64,000 nt of DNA, taken from a virus. A program made the position numbers and the translations under genes. Each line of letters begins with the position of its first letter. The stretch's first letter is position 1. The stretch lies in IMG/VR virus record IMGVR_UViG_3300014024_000003. One strand, written 5' to 3'. Below the pieces are notes generated by a model. That model was not told the DNA's origin, searched no databases, and saw nothing but the letters and a program-made list of their open reading frames with translations. Positions 18,860 through 26,968 of this stretch are shown here, piece after piece.

Positions 18860-19741
18860 ATGTTCAAACTAAAGTTTCACAACGATAATGTAAATACTCT
18901 GTATTTGTGGAGTATTGTTGAAGATTTAGATGATGACGGTCTATCTTACAAACATGTTTTTGAGGTAAACACTTTAGGTAAAGTTACTCACACTTGTTTT
19001 GTAAATGTACCAGGTACCGAAATTAAAATGTATTCTCGTGATGCTTATTCCGGTGCTACATTTCAGGCAGTGTTGAATAAGAACGCTTTCATTAATCAAA
19101 TTCTTCTCATTTCTGTTTCGGAATTACCGAGTTTCCGCAAGTGGGTTCAGGAAGATTCTCTGACGGAGAATGGAAATAAACCAACTATTACACAGCGCGT
19201 CACACGATTTACTGCTCAACATCATTTTCAGATCGAAAATGAGCCAGAGTTTTTACTGAGTCCTTCTTTCAAGCGTACTTTTCTGACCTGTGATTACCGG
19301 CCGGAGTTTACACCGGTGAAGTCGGTGGATGTGTACGCTCACCTTAAGGATAGTTACAACGGTCTAACATTGGTTTTTGTTGTGGTGTACAAGCAAGGGT
19401 GCAGGATTATAGAGGTATCGCGCTTTACCGTCTTTGACGGTGTGTTTCATCGGTGGGAGGTAGTAGAACCTCACCCTGAATTGGTGTGGAAGAAGTACGA
19501 GCGCGATTACGTCACGCAGAGGAATACGTTTACGCGCACTTTCACGATCCCGAAAACACAGGAGGGTATCGCTTCTAAGATTAAGTATTTGGTGGGGCGG
19601 TATTATCTGTTAGGTGTATCTTTGGGGATTACGAAAAATCAGTATTCTAAGGATCAGGTGCTTGAGGTGTTTGACCGTTTCGGTAGCACGTTCCAGTTTG
19701 TTGATTCTGCAACGCTTCACAAAGCTGTGCCTCAGGTATGA
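18860..19741 (+). CDS. hypothetical protein, paralogue family member 2 (two motif copies)
   Basis: LNKNAFINQILLISV and FTIPKTQEGIASKI. Confidence 0.7.
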   Translation: MFKLKFHNDNVNTLYLWSIVEDLDDDGLSYKHVFEVNTLGKVTHTCFVNVPGTEIKMYSRDAYSGATFQAVLNKNAFINQILLISVSELPSFRKWVQEDSLTENGNKPTITQRVTRFTAQHHFQIENEPEFLLSPSFKRTFLTCDYRPEFTPVKSVDVYAHLKDSYNGLTLVFVVVYKQGCRIIEVSRFTVFDGVFHRWEVVEPHPELVWKKYERDYVTQRNTFTRTFTIPKTQEGIASKIKYLVGRYYLLGVSLGITKNQYSKDQVLEVFDRFGSTFQFVDSATLHKAVPQV

Positions 19742-19780
19742 TTTTTTCGTTGTATTATTGAAGTGTAACTTTAGGAGGTA

Positions 19781-20263
19781 ATGTTGAAACTTATTCAATA
19801 CTTTTCTGATAATCGGTTTACTAGTGATAGTTTTCTTGGTTGGTATTTTGAGGACGAAGAAGGTACTTTGTTCTTCAACTATAGGAACGGTCGTTTGTGG
19901 ATGTCAGCCCCATCGAACTATTTACCTGTAACTTCAATGTCTGTTAATTCAGATTTTAATAATCGTGTGATGAAACTTAAAACTGGAAAAGCATTCACCA
20001 ATAATCTTTTGAAAATATCGTTGAAGCACCGACGCTCTTTCATTCAGTACTGCGCTCAATATCCCAAGGTATCTGTTGCGCAACTCGCTCGAAATTACAC
20101 GAAAATGGCAAAAGAGTTAGAGTTGGAGAACGAGTTTATCCCCAGGTTAGTAAACCACCCTTCTTATCAAGGTTCTACAACCCCTGCTCAGAAGATTTAT
20201 TTTCAGCAGATGCATCTCGCTCACCAAGCACAGGCGCGTCATAACGAAAATATATCGAGGTAG
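19781..20263 (+). CDS. hypothetical protein, paralogue family member 3
   Basis: AGGAGG RBS; LKTGKAFTNNLLKISLK. Confidence 0.7.
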   Translation: MLKLIQYFSDNRFTSDSFLGWYFEDEEGTLFFNYRNGRLWMSAPSNYLPVTSMSVNSDFNNRVMKLKTGKAFTNNLLKISLKHRRSFIQYCAQYPKVSVAQLARNYTKMAKELELENEFIPRLVNHPSYQGSTTPAQKIYFQQMHLAHQAQARHNENISR

Positions 20264-20268
20264 TACCT

Positions 20269-20754
20269 ATGCATATTACGAAGATTTATGAGGATAAAGT
20301 AGATCGCTCTAACTTTGTAGCGTGGATGGTTACTTTCGGTACTCAGCAAACCTTGTACCGGGTGAAGTATAGCCGAGCTTTAGCTGAGATGTGCAAGCAG
20401 AATCCGCAAGTAAACGTGATAAATGTGGCGCGTAGTTTTCAACGTATCCTGAATTTGAAAACTGAGGTGGCTTTTGAGAATAACCTTATTCTTAAGTCAG
20501 TGAATAACAATCAACGTTTCCGTTTAGCGTATTTTGCCAAGCACTCTTTCACGAAGGAACCTACCGCGAAGTTCGCTAGGGAATGGTTTACAGAGCATGA
20601 AGGTATTATCCATGAGCGGGTTTTACCACCTGCCCCGGAACTAACAAACGGGCAGATGTATAACTTTATTGCTGATGCGAAGCGGAAGATTATCGAGAGG
20701 GAGGAGAAACTGTATGGCAAACGATCTAAAACACGAACTAAAGCACGATACTAA
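20269..20754 (+). CDS. hypothetical protein, paralogue family member 4
   Basis: LKTEVAFENNLILKSVN. Confidence 0.7.
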   Translation: MHITKIYEDKVDRSNFVAWMVTFGTQQTLYRVKYSRALAEMCKQNPQVNVINVARSFQRILNLKTEVAFENNLILKSVNNNQRFRLAYFAKHSFTKEPTAKFAREWFTEHEGIIHERVLPPAPELTNGQMYNFIADAKRKIIEREEKLYGKRSKTRTKARY

Positions 20755-21103
20755 GTGCCAACTCTCTATCGTTCTTCAGATGTGTAAAGGTCATCTCTCC
20801 GGGTGGACGGTGGTGTACCCGTGGGAGGTAGTAATTTACCGTATCAACCCGCAGAATCAGTGCGTCATGTATAAGACTCCAGGGATGTCGTCGTGGGCGC
20901 AAATGTATAAGCCATTCAAGGTTCCTGGTAGTTTTGAGCAGCTGCAACGTAAAGTTGTGCATACCTCTATTAAGAATGACTCAGGGTATCGTCGTTGGTA
21001 CCCGAAGCAACAGAAGGATCGTCGAGGTATGGATACGATTAAAGCTGCGTGGCAGTATTTCCGTAAAGTCCTGCACGGCAGTGTTGTTGTCGTGTACAAG
21101 TAA
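20669..21103 (+). CDS. hypothetical protein, paralogue family member 5 (start probably ATG 20714)
   Basis: GAGGAG before ATG 20714; FKVPGSFEQLQRKVVHTSIK. Confidence 0.65.
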   Translation: MLMRSGRLSRGRRNCMANDLKHELKHDTKCQLSIVLQMCKGHLSGWTVVYPWEVVIYRINPQNQCVMYKTPGMSSWAQMYKPFKVPGSFEQLQRKVVHTSIKNDSGYRRWYPKQQKDRRGMDTIKAAWQYFRKVLHGSVVVVYK

Positions 21104-21109
21104 GAAAGA

Positions 21110-21790
21110 TTGGTAAGTGTAATGTCTACACAGAAAACAGGTATTCAGTTCGCACCTGAGGAGCACATGTGGACTCTCTCGGTTTTAGCGCCGGGTGGTA
21201 CTGATGTGTTTACGGTTCCGTTGCGGACTAATAGTCGTGGTGAAGGTTTGTGGGTGGGTAACCGTCAGGTGCTCGGTGCTGCGCAGTTCCAGTTGCCTGC
21301 GTCTGAGTCTGCGCGTAAACGGAAGATGGTGTGGGCTGCGTTGCGCTACACACCCGTTTATGAGACGGCTTATCTTCCGTGGCTTGATCGTCAGGGTCTT
21401 AAGGACACGATCGAGAACGCGAATAACTATTTTAAATCTATCCAGGATGTTAAATATAACACTGCTTCTATTGTTAAAGTCCCTCGTGCGGATCCTACAC
21501 AGTATATGTCACCTGAAACTTTGTTTCACCATTTATTTGAGGGTTTGTTTTTGGAGGATTTTACTAAAGTTACTCCAAAAAATTCTAAAGGTAAAAACGG
21601 AATTTTATGGTCTCGACCTGTTGATGAAAACACGTATCGCGCAAAGGTTTATGTCCCAGCAACAGGCAGGCATTGGTTTGTACGTGTTGAAGATTTAGTG
21701 CATATTCCTTCTTCTGGGAAAATAAGTCTTATTAATAAACCTGGTTTCTTTGATTTAAAATCTCCTGAACGTGCTGTTATAAAGTATTAG
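21110..21790 (+). CDS. hypothetical protein, paralogue family member 6
   Basis: FQLPASESARKRKMVWAAL...DTIENANNYF matches DTIKAAWQYF of member 5. Confidence 0.65.
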   Translation: MVSVMSTQKTGIQFAPEEHMWTLSVLAPGGTDVFTVPLRTNSRGEGLWVGNRQVLGAAQFQLPASESARKRKMVWAALRYTPVYETAYLPWLDRQGLKDTIENANNYFKSIQDVKYNTASIVKVPRADPTQYMSPETLFHHLFEGLFLEDFTKVTPKNSKGKNGILWSRPVDENTYRAKVYVPATGRHWFVRVEDLVHIPSSGKISLINKPGFFDLKSPERAVIKY

Positions 21791-21817
21791 TTCTAAGAAT
21801 CAAGAGAGGTATCGCTG

Positions 21818-21931
21818 ATGTCTGCTTTGCAGCTTATTGAAAGGATGATACCTACAATTTCTTTTGTTGGAATGGGGGGTAATATTGTGTATCCTAAAGG
21901 TATGGCACCGAAGACTCGTTATGAGTTTTAG
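21818..21931 (+). CDS. 37-aa small ORF not in the ORF track
   Basis: GAGAGGT RBS then ATG; MSALQLIERMIPTISFVGMGGNIVYPKGMAPKTRYEF fills the gap between two genes. Confidence 0.4.
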   Translation: MSALQLIERMIPTISFVGMGGNIVYPKGMAPKTRYEF

Positions 21932-21937
21932 TTTAGT

Positions 21938-24457
21938 GTGATTATTTCACATATGGTTTGGCTCTTAGTGCATACTAAAATAGTAGTTGCACTAAGAGTC
22001 ATTTTGTGTGGAAGGTTTGTTGTGAATTTATCTGAGGTTATTGAGCGTTGTTCTTCGGTTGCGCATGATTACGGTTTCGAGGTGAAGCCTGTTGATGTGG
22101 TAACGAAGCTCAATTCTGACCCTAAATATAAGTTACGTCAGGTTGTTATTCACGGTAAAATACTTGAAGAAGTTTCCAAAACCGGATTTTTAGAGAGGCT
22201 TCACGTCACCGATCCTCACGCTAAGTTCCTACGTGTACAGGTTCTCGCGCTTCAATCAAGGAACACCTTAGGTATCGCCCCCGGTACTTGTATTTTATGT
22301 GTCCCTTCATCGTCGAAGGTTGTACCTGGCGAAGTGATTTCGACGAAGCAACCGGTAACGTTGCGCGGCGGTGATATTTTCCGTGACGCAGGGCATTCGG
22401 TCAATGCTTTGGTGTTTCGTCAGGTGCGTAACGGTGAGCAGCGCAGTTGGCAGGTTCACCCGCAACCAATTACACCATGCACTCTCCCACCGGCGCTCGT
22501 GGATGTTGTGGAGGGTTCCGTTGAGTCTTTGGAGGGTGTGCAGTTTTTCTCTTCAGGTGAGGGGGAGTTGAAGAAGGTATCGCCACCTGAGGTTAGTCCT
22601 GTGGATTCTCCGCGCTTTTCTGTTGTGCCTTTTTCAGCGTCGAATGTTCCGTTTGATTTTTCTGGGGAGACTTCTTTATTCCAGGAATTTTTAGATGGTC
22701 TGTATCATGATGAAGATGCTTGTGATGCAGCTTCTCGGGTTGTTTTGCAGTCTCTCGTTTATTCTTTGGAGGATTTTCAGGATTCTTTCTTCATGGACGA
22801 TTTTCTCATGCATCTTGTGAAGGATCGTCAGGGTTGTTGGGATAAGTACCAGAGTCTTGTGTCCGCTCTGAGGCAGCAGCCGTCACTCGCTTCTTCACCT
22901 TCTTTTTGGGAGGAGCACGGGTACGGTATCGCCGAGGTTGTGTTAGCAACGTTGCTGACGTGGGCTTTTATCCCTATTGTTTCTTCCTATCCTCACTGGA
23001 CGGTGCAGTTCCACAATAACCCGCTCGGTACCACCGCCGAGCGCCTTTCGTGCGCGCTGTTTTCACCGTATGTTTTTGCGTTGTGTTTTGGTTTATTGGT
23101 GCAGCAGGCGGATCGTTTAGCGCTGTTGTTAGGGAGTGTGTTCCCGCAGCTTGTGGTTTTTGACGAGGTTCCGCTCGTGCACCGCGATCTTTTGGTGGCT
23201 TCGCGTGCGCGCCGCGTACCGGGTTTTTATTCTGAGGATTATTTCGTCAGGTCATGCACCTTTTCTGCTGGTTTTGGGTATCCGTGGTTGCCTGGTTCTT
23301 CAGATCGGGTGCATTTGGTGTGTTCTGTGGTGGCTGGTACTGTCCGTGAGCTTGGGTTTACTGAGGTTTTGTGCGGGGAGGGCGTTCCGGGTTCAACGGT
23401 AGAGGTTCTGGATGCCAGCTCGTTAGGTTTGATTTCTCAGGATGAGCGCTCAGTGCAGCTGGCTTTTCCTACGGAGGTGTGCGCGTATGCTCAGGGTACG
23501 GGTTTAGCGGTGCAGAATGATGAGGGTATCGCTTTGGTGGCGGATGCTGCGCCTTTTGCTCGGTGCGCGGATGTGTTTACACGTAAGTATTATGTGCCTT
23601 CCATATTTTCGGTTTCAGGCGGTGAGTTGCCGCAGTGTTCGTTGGTTCCTCAAGGTTTACGTGATCGCTTACCTGGTGCGCAGACGGTGACGTGTCAGGA
23701 TAACCGTATAGGTGAGTGTGTGGCTGCGGGCGTGCAGCACCCACGTGAGGAAGGTACCACTGCTGAGCGTATCGCGTGTGTCGGTACGGAGGATGCTCAT
23801 AAGGTTTCTTCGGATTCTCCGTTGGTAACGTTCCGTGCTGAGGATGGGTTGCAGTGTGTTCGTGCAGGGCAGGTGGTGAGGTTTGATGCTTCCCCTGCGG
23901 TGTGTGGTTCTCAGTGTTTGTATGTGCGTTTGGGTTCTGGTGTTTTGAAGCAGGTGCCGTTGTGGGGTGTTCCGTCGGGTTCTGTGCTGCGTGCAGTGGA
24001 TGTGGTTTCTTCTGCTGTGACGGTGGATTATGTGGATGATGCTCCGGGCGCGGTGGATATTTCCCTTTCACGTATTGTTGCTGGTGATTCGTCGTTGGTG
24101 TGGGTGGTATGTGAGACGGGGAAAAGGTATCGCGGGGAGTCTGTGGTGTGTTTGGTTCCTGCGGTTGTTTCTGGTGCTTCGTTTGCTGTGAATACGGGTT
24201 GGGTGTTGTCGTCGTGGGTTTCTGGTTCTTTGGAGGTTATTTCTGATTTTGAGGATGTATCTAATTGTGTTGATAAAGATTTGGTAGTGGTTGGTATCGA
24301 TTCTAATTTTGATGTTTCTTCTGAGATTTTTTGTTCCTGGTTGAATAAGGTTTTATATTATTGTGAGTATTCTGGTTGTAAATTAGTTTTTGTTGGTGAT
24401 GTTGATTTGAATAATCCTTGTTCAACTTTAAATTCTCTAATTTCCTCTATTGTTTGA
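21938..24457 (+). CDS. large hypothetical protein, possibly degenerate RecD2-like
   Basis: SPYVFALCFGLLVQQADRLALLLG resembles the RecD2 HhH segment; KLVFVGD resembles SF1 motif III; no Walker A visible. Confidence 0.4.
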   Translation: MIISHMVWLLVHTKIVVALRVILCGRFVVNLSEVIERCSSVAHDYGFEVKPVDVVTKLNSDPKYKLRQVVIHGKILEEVSKTGFLERLHVTDPHAKFLRVQVLALQSRNTLGIAPGTCILCVPSSSKVVPGEVISTKQPVTLRGGDIFRDAGHSVNALVFRQVRNGEQRSWQVHPQPITPCTLPPALVDVVEGSVESLEGVQFFSSGEGELKKVSPPEVSPVDSPRFSVVPFSASNVPFDFSGETSLFQEFLDGLYHDEDACDAASRVVLQSLVYSLEDFQDSFFMDDFLMHLVKDRQGCWDKYQSLVSALRQQPSLASSPSFWEEHGYGIAEVVLATLLTWAFIPIVSSYPHWTVQFHNNPLGTTAERLSCALFSPYVFALCFGLLVQQADRLALLLGSVFPQLVVFDEVPLVHRDLLVASRARRVPGFYSEDYFVRSCTFSAGFGYPWLPGSSDRVHLVCSVVAGTVRELGFTEVLCGEGVPGSTVEVLDASSLGLISQDERSVQLAFPTEVCAYAQGTGLAVQNDEGIALVADAAPFARCADVFTRKYYVPSIFSVSGGELPQCSLVPQGLRDRLPGAQTVTCQDNRIGECVAAGVQHPREEGTTAERIACVGTEDAHKVSSDSPLVTFRAEDGLQCVRAGQVVRFDASPAVCGSQCLYVRLGSGVLKQVPLWGVPSGSVLRAVDVVSSAVTVDYVDDAPGAVDISLSRIVAGDSSLVWVVCETGKRYRGESVVCLVPAVVSGASFAVNTGWVLSSWVSGSLEVISDFEDVSNCVDKDLVVVGIDSNFDVSSEIFCSWLNKVLYYCEYSGCKLVFVGDVDLNNPCSTLNSLISSIV

Positions 24458-24483
24458 TTTTCTATAAGTGATATACTGTAAAC

Positions 24484-24690
24484 AGTTGCTTGAAAGGGCG
24501 ACGTGTTCCGTTTTTACGGTCAGTGTGTATGAGCATAATTGAATAACGAAACAATCCAGTGCGGTTGTTTGTGAAGCCATAATTGAATATAGTTATAAAC
24601 TAACCTTTCTTAGTTCTCAGAAGGTTAGGCCACATGATAAGCAAGGTTCCCTCGGTTTTCTCGTTTCCCAGGGAACCTTGCCTTATCTAT
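24484..24690 (+). ncRNA. candidate structured RNA
   Basis: TGATATACT at 24469; GAAA-tetraloop hairpin at the 5' end; further hairpins at 24546-24572, 24600-24628, 24636-24687; CATAATTGAATA direct repeat. Confidence 0.4.
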
Positions 24691-24692
24691 CC

Positions 24693-24720
24693 TTGATTTT
24701 GTATATATGTACCGTATAAT
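24693..24720 (+). promoter_or_regulatory. sigma70-type promoter
   Basis: TTGATT-N16-TATAAT. Confidence 0.55.
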
Positions 24721-24726
24721 AAGAGG

Positions 24727-24846
24727 CAGGGAATCATTTAGACAGATGTGCGTGAACATCCTAAATATCCTCCTTTCAGAGTAAAAAAATATGAGGTATT
24801 TACCCCCACGGAACAACCTTTTCTGTTCCGTGGGGTTTTTATTTTT
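24727..24846 (+). ncRNA. candidate ~115-nt sRNA with anti-Shine-Dalgarno segment
   Basis: Promoter upstream; CCTCCTTTC at 24769-24777; terminator CCCCACGGAACA/TGTTCCGTGGGG-TTTTT at 24804-24840. Confidence 0.5.
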
Positions 24847-24905
24847 CCTTGTTGTGCTTCTGAGGGTACTCTCGTGTGGGTTTTTCTCGTTGTTATACTG
24901 TGGGT

Positions 24906-25952
24906 ATGAAAAAGCTGAAACTACCACGGGTATTGCCGCGCGCACTGGACGCGAAACGTTTACTACGTACTAATGTTGCGCGAGCAACGGACGCGAACCT
25001 TGACGCGCTCTCAGATCGTGCGCGCCGTATCATGGTGGTGTTCGGTGTTATCACCATTCTTTCCGTGGTTGTGATAGTTATGATGGGTTTATTGGGTGTG
25101 AATACGACGAAGATGTTTTTTCAGCAACCTGAGAAGTCTTCCGCTTCTGCTGTTTTCCACGGTTCTCAAGCTCAGTATTCTTCCGATGAACCGGTGCGCG
25201 GGTTCGATGCTGCCAAACGGTATGATGAAGGGTTACCTGTAACGGTTCAAGGTAAGGTCGCGTCCTCGGCGGTGAAGGTACAACCTGAACAAACCGCTTC
25301 CGCAGTTGAGGTGAGGGGGGAGTACTCCCCGGATCGTTATGATAGGTCGGTACGTATTTCTCAACGTCTTGCGCAGAAGTATCAGCGCTCTTTCGTGTTT
25401 TACCCGGTGGTGCAGGTATCGCAGCAGGATGGGTTGGATTCTGGGCGTGATGTGCTTTTCGATAAGGCTTCGGGGATGTTTTTCCAGGCTTCGCTAACCT
25501 CGGAGGGTGTGGAGGATAATCTGTATTTAGTGTCTCAGAAGTCTTTGGCGTGGCAGATGCTTGCGGATGTGTCGAAGAATTATGACGCTGACGGTTCGGT
25601 GGGCATAGGTTCTTACGATTCGGTGTTGGGTGCGTATGATTACTCCTTGGGTATCGCTTCTTCTGCGAAAGATCGTTTCGGGGTTGTGCCTGAGTCTTTG
25701 AATCCTAATTATGTGAATGAGCTTTTGCGGTCTGAGGGTTTGGACGTGTCGATGAAGGTTGCTTCGTTGGATCGTAGTGATGATTTTTACCGTCGTGAGG
25801 TCGCGTTCTTTGTGAATACTATTAAAGATAGTTCCCGCAATTTCCCTAATAGTTTCTATATTGTTTTGCATGATAATGCGGGTAAGAGTTTATTTTTTCA
25901 GGTTTCCCCGGATGGTTCCGTGATGCAGAAGAAGGCGTATATTCATGACTGA
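24906..25952 (+). CDS. single-pass membrane protein, probably leaderless
   Basis: TGTTATACT (24891-24899) 6 nt before ATG 24906; basic N-terminus then one TM helix. Confidence 0.7.
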   Translation: MKKLKLPRVLPRALDAKRLLRTNVARATDANLDALSDRARRIMVVFGVITILSVVVIVMMGLLGVNTTKMFFQQPEKSSASAVFHGSQAQYSSDEPVRGFDAAKRYDEGLPVTVQGKVASSAVKVQPEQTASAVEVRGEYSPDRYDRSVRISQRLAQKYQRSFVFYPVVQVSQQDGLDSGRDVLFDKASGMFFQASLTSEGVEDNLYLVSQKSLAWQMLADVSKNYDADGSVGIGSYDSVLGAYDYSLGIASSAKDRFGVVPESLNPNYVNELLRSEGLDVSMKVASLDRSDDFYRREVAFFVNTIKDSSRNFPNSFYIVLHDNAGKSLFFQVSPDGSVMQKKAYIHD

Positions 25953-26838
25953 GGTACAGTCTCAGCAGACCAAGCAGGTATCGCGTTTAGAACGTAAGTT
26001 AGCGCACACGTCGCCGGTGTTGTCTCAGGTGCGCGAGCAGTTTTTATCGGATTGTGCGTATGTGCAGGAGTTTTTTCAGCAGTCGTCTAATACTGCCGCA
26101 GCCGCCGCACGTGTATGCGAGTTGCGTCAGTATGCAGGTACCGCGATGGGTTCTGTTTTGGAGCGCGAAGGTGTGGTGTACCTTCAGGATGATATGTTTT
26201 CGGATGCGTGGTTGCGCGAGTTACCGCCCGCGTTAGGTTTGTTTCCGAAGGGTCATGAGCGTAGGAATCGGTCGGTGTTTTTGCTGCGGGATCGTTTTGT
26301 GCTTCCGGTACGTGATGTGCAGGGTAATGTTGTGTCGTGGGTGGGGTGGTCGCCTAAGTCTCGACGTAAGTATGTGACCGCGAATACTTTGTATTTTTCG
26401 TTGGATAACCTGTTTTACGGTATGGAGCGTTTAGGCTCGGCGCAAGGTTCTCAGGTTGCGGTGGTGGAGGGTATTTTTGACCGTCTGATGCTTGAGTCGG
26501 TGGGGGTACCTACTATTGGTGTGATGACGGCGCGTATGTCGCCCACGAAGAAGGCTCTTCTCTCGTTGTTTTCACGGGTTCTTGGTTTTCCTGATATGGA
26601 TTCTGTGGGTGAGCGTGTGGTTGTTCAGGATCAGTGGTTTTCTGAAGTTTCGACGTTAGGTCAGTATGTGCGGTGGAGTGAATTTTATGCTGCGGTGCAG
26701 AAGGAAGCCTCTGTTGCGGTGAAGGATATTGACACGCTCGGGGTTGTGTTGGGTTCTTCTCAGCTGCGGCAGGTTCTTGAACCTGTGCTTGTTGGGGTGG
26801 ATCAGGTATCGCAGCGTGTGCAGTTATCTATGAGTTGA
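25945..26838 (+). CDS. dnaG: DnaG-type primase catalytic (TOPRIM) half lacking zinc finger
   Basis: LRDRFVLPVRDVQGNVVSWVG, KYV, LFYG, VVEGIFD, DMD. Confidence 0.85.
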   Translation: MTEVQSQQTKQVSRLERKLAHTSPVLSQVREQFLSDCAYVQEFFQQSSNTAAAAARVCELRQYAGTAMGSVLEREGVVYLQDDMFSDAWLRELPPALGLFPKGHERRNRSVFLLRDRFVLPVRDVQGNVVSWVGWSPKSRRKYVTANTLYFSLDNLFYGMERLGSAQGSQVAVVEGIFDRLMLESVGVPTIGVMTARMSPTKKALLSLFSRVLGFPDMDSVGERVVVQDQWFSEVSTLGQYVRWSEFYAAVQKEASVAVKDIDTLGVVLGSSQLRQVLEPVLVGVDQVSQRVQLSMS

Positions 26839-26968
26839 GCGGTGTTTATAACATAGTTTCGTGTTTTCTTCAACCTGTTTCCTTTATTGAGGTGTTTGTG
26901 CTAAGCTGATTTTATCTGAAAGTTACTTCAGACAATTCCTACACATAACGTACACGCAACGAAGGTTC

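Noticed and set aside
24534..24589. Mini-CRISPR from the CATAATTGAATA repeat
   Set aside because: Only two 12-bp copies, too short for a CRISPR repeat; kept as an RNA motif instead
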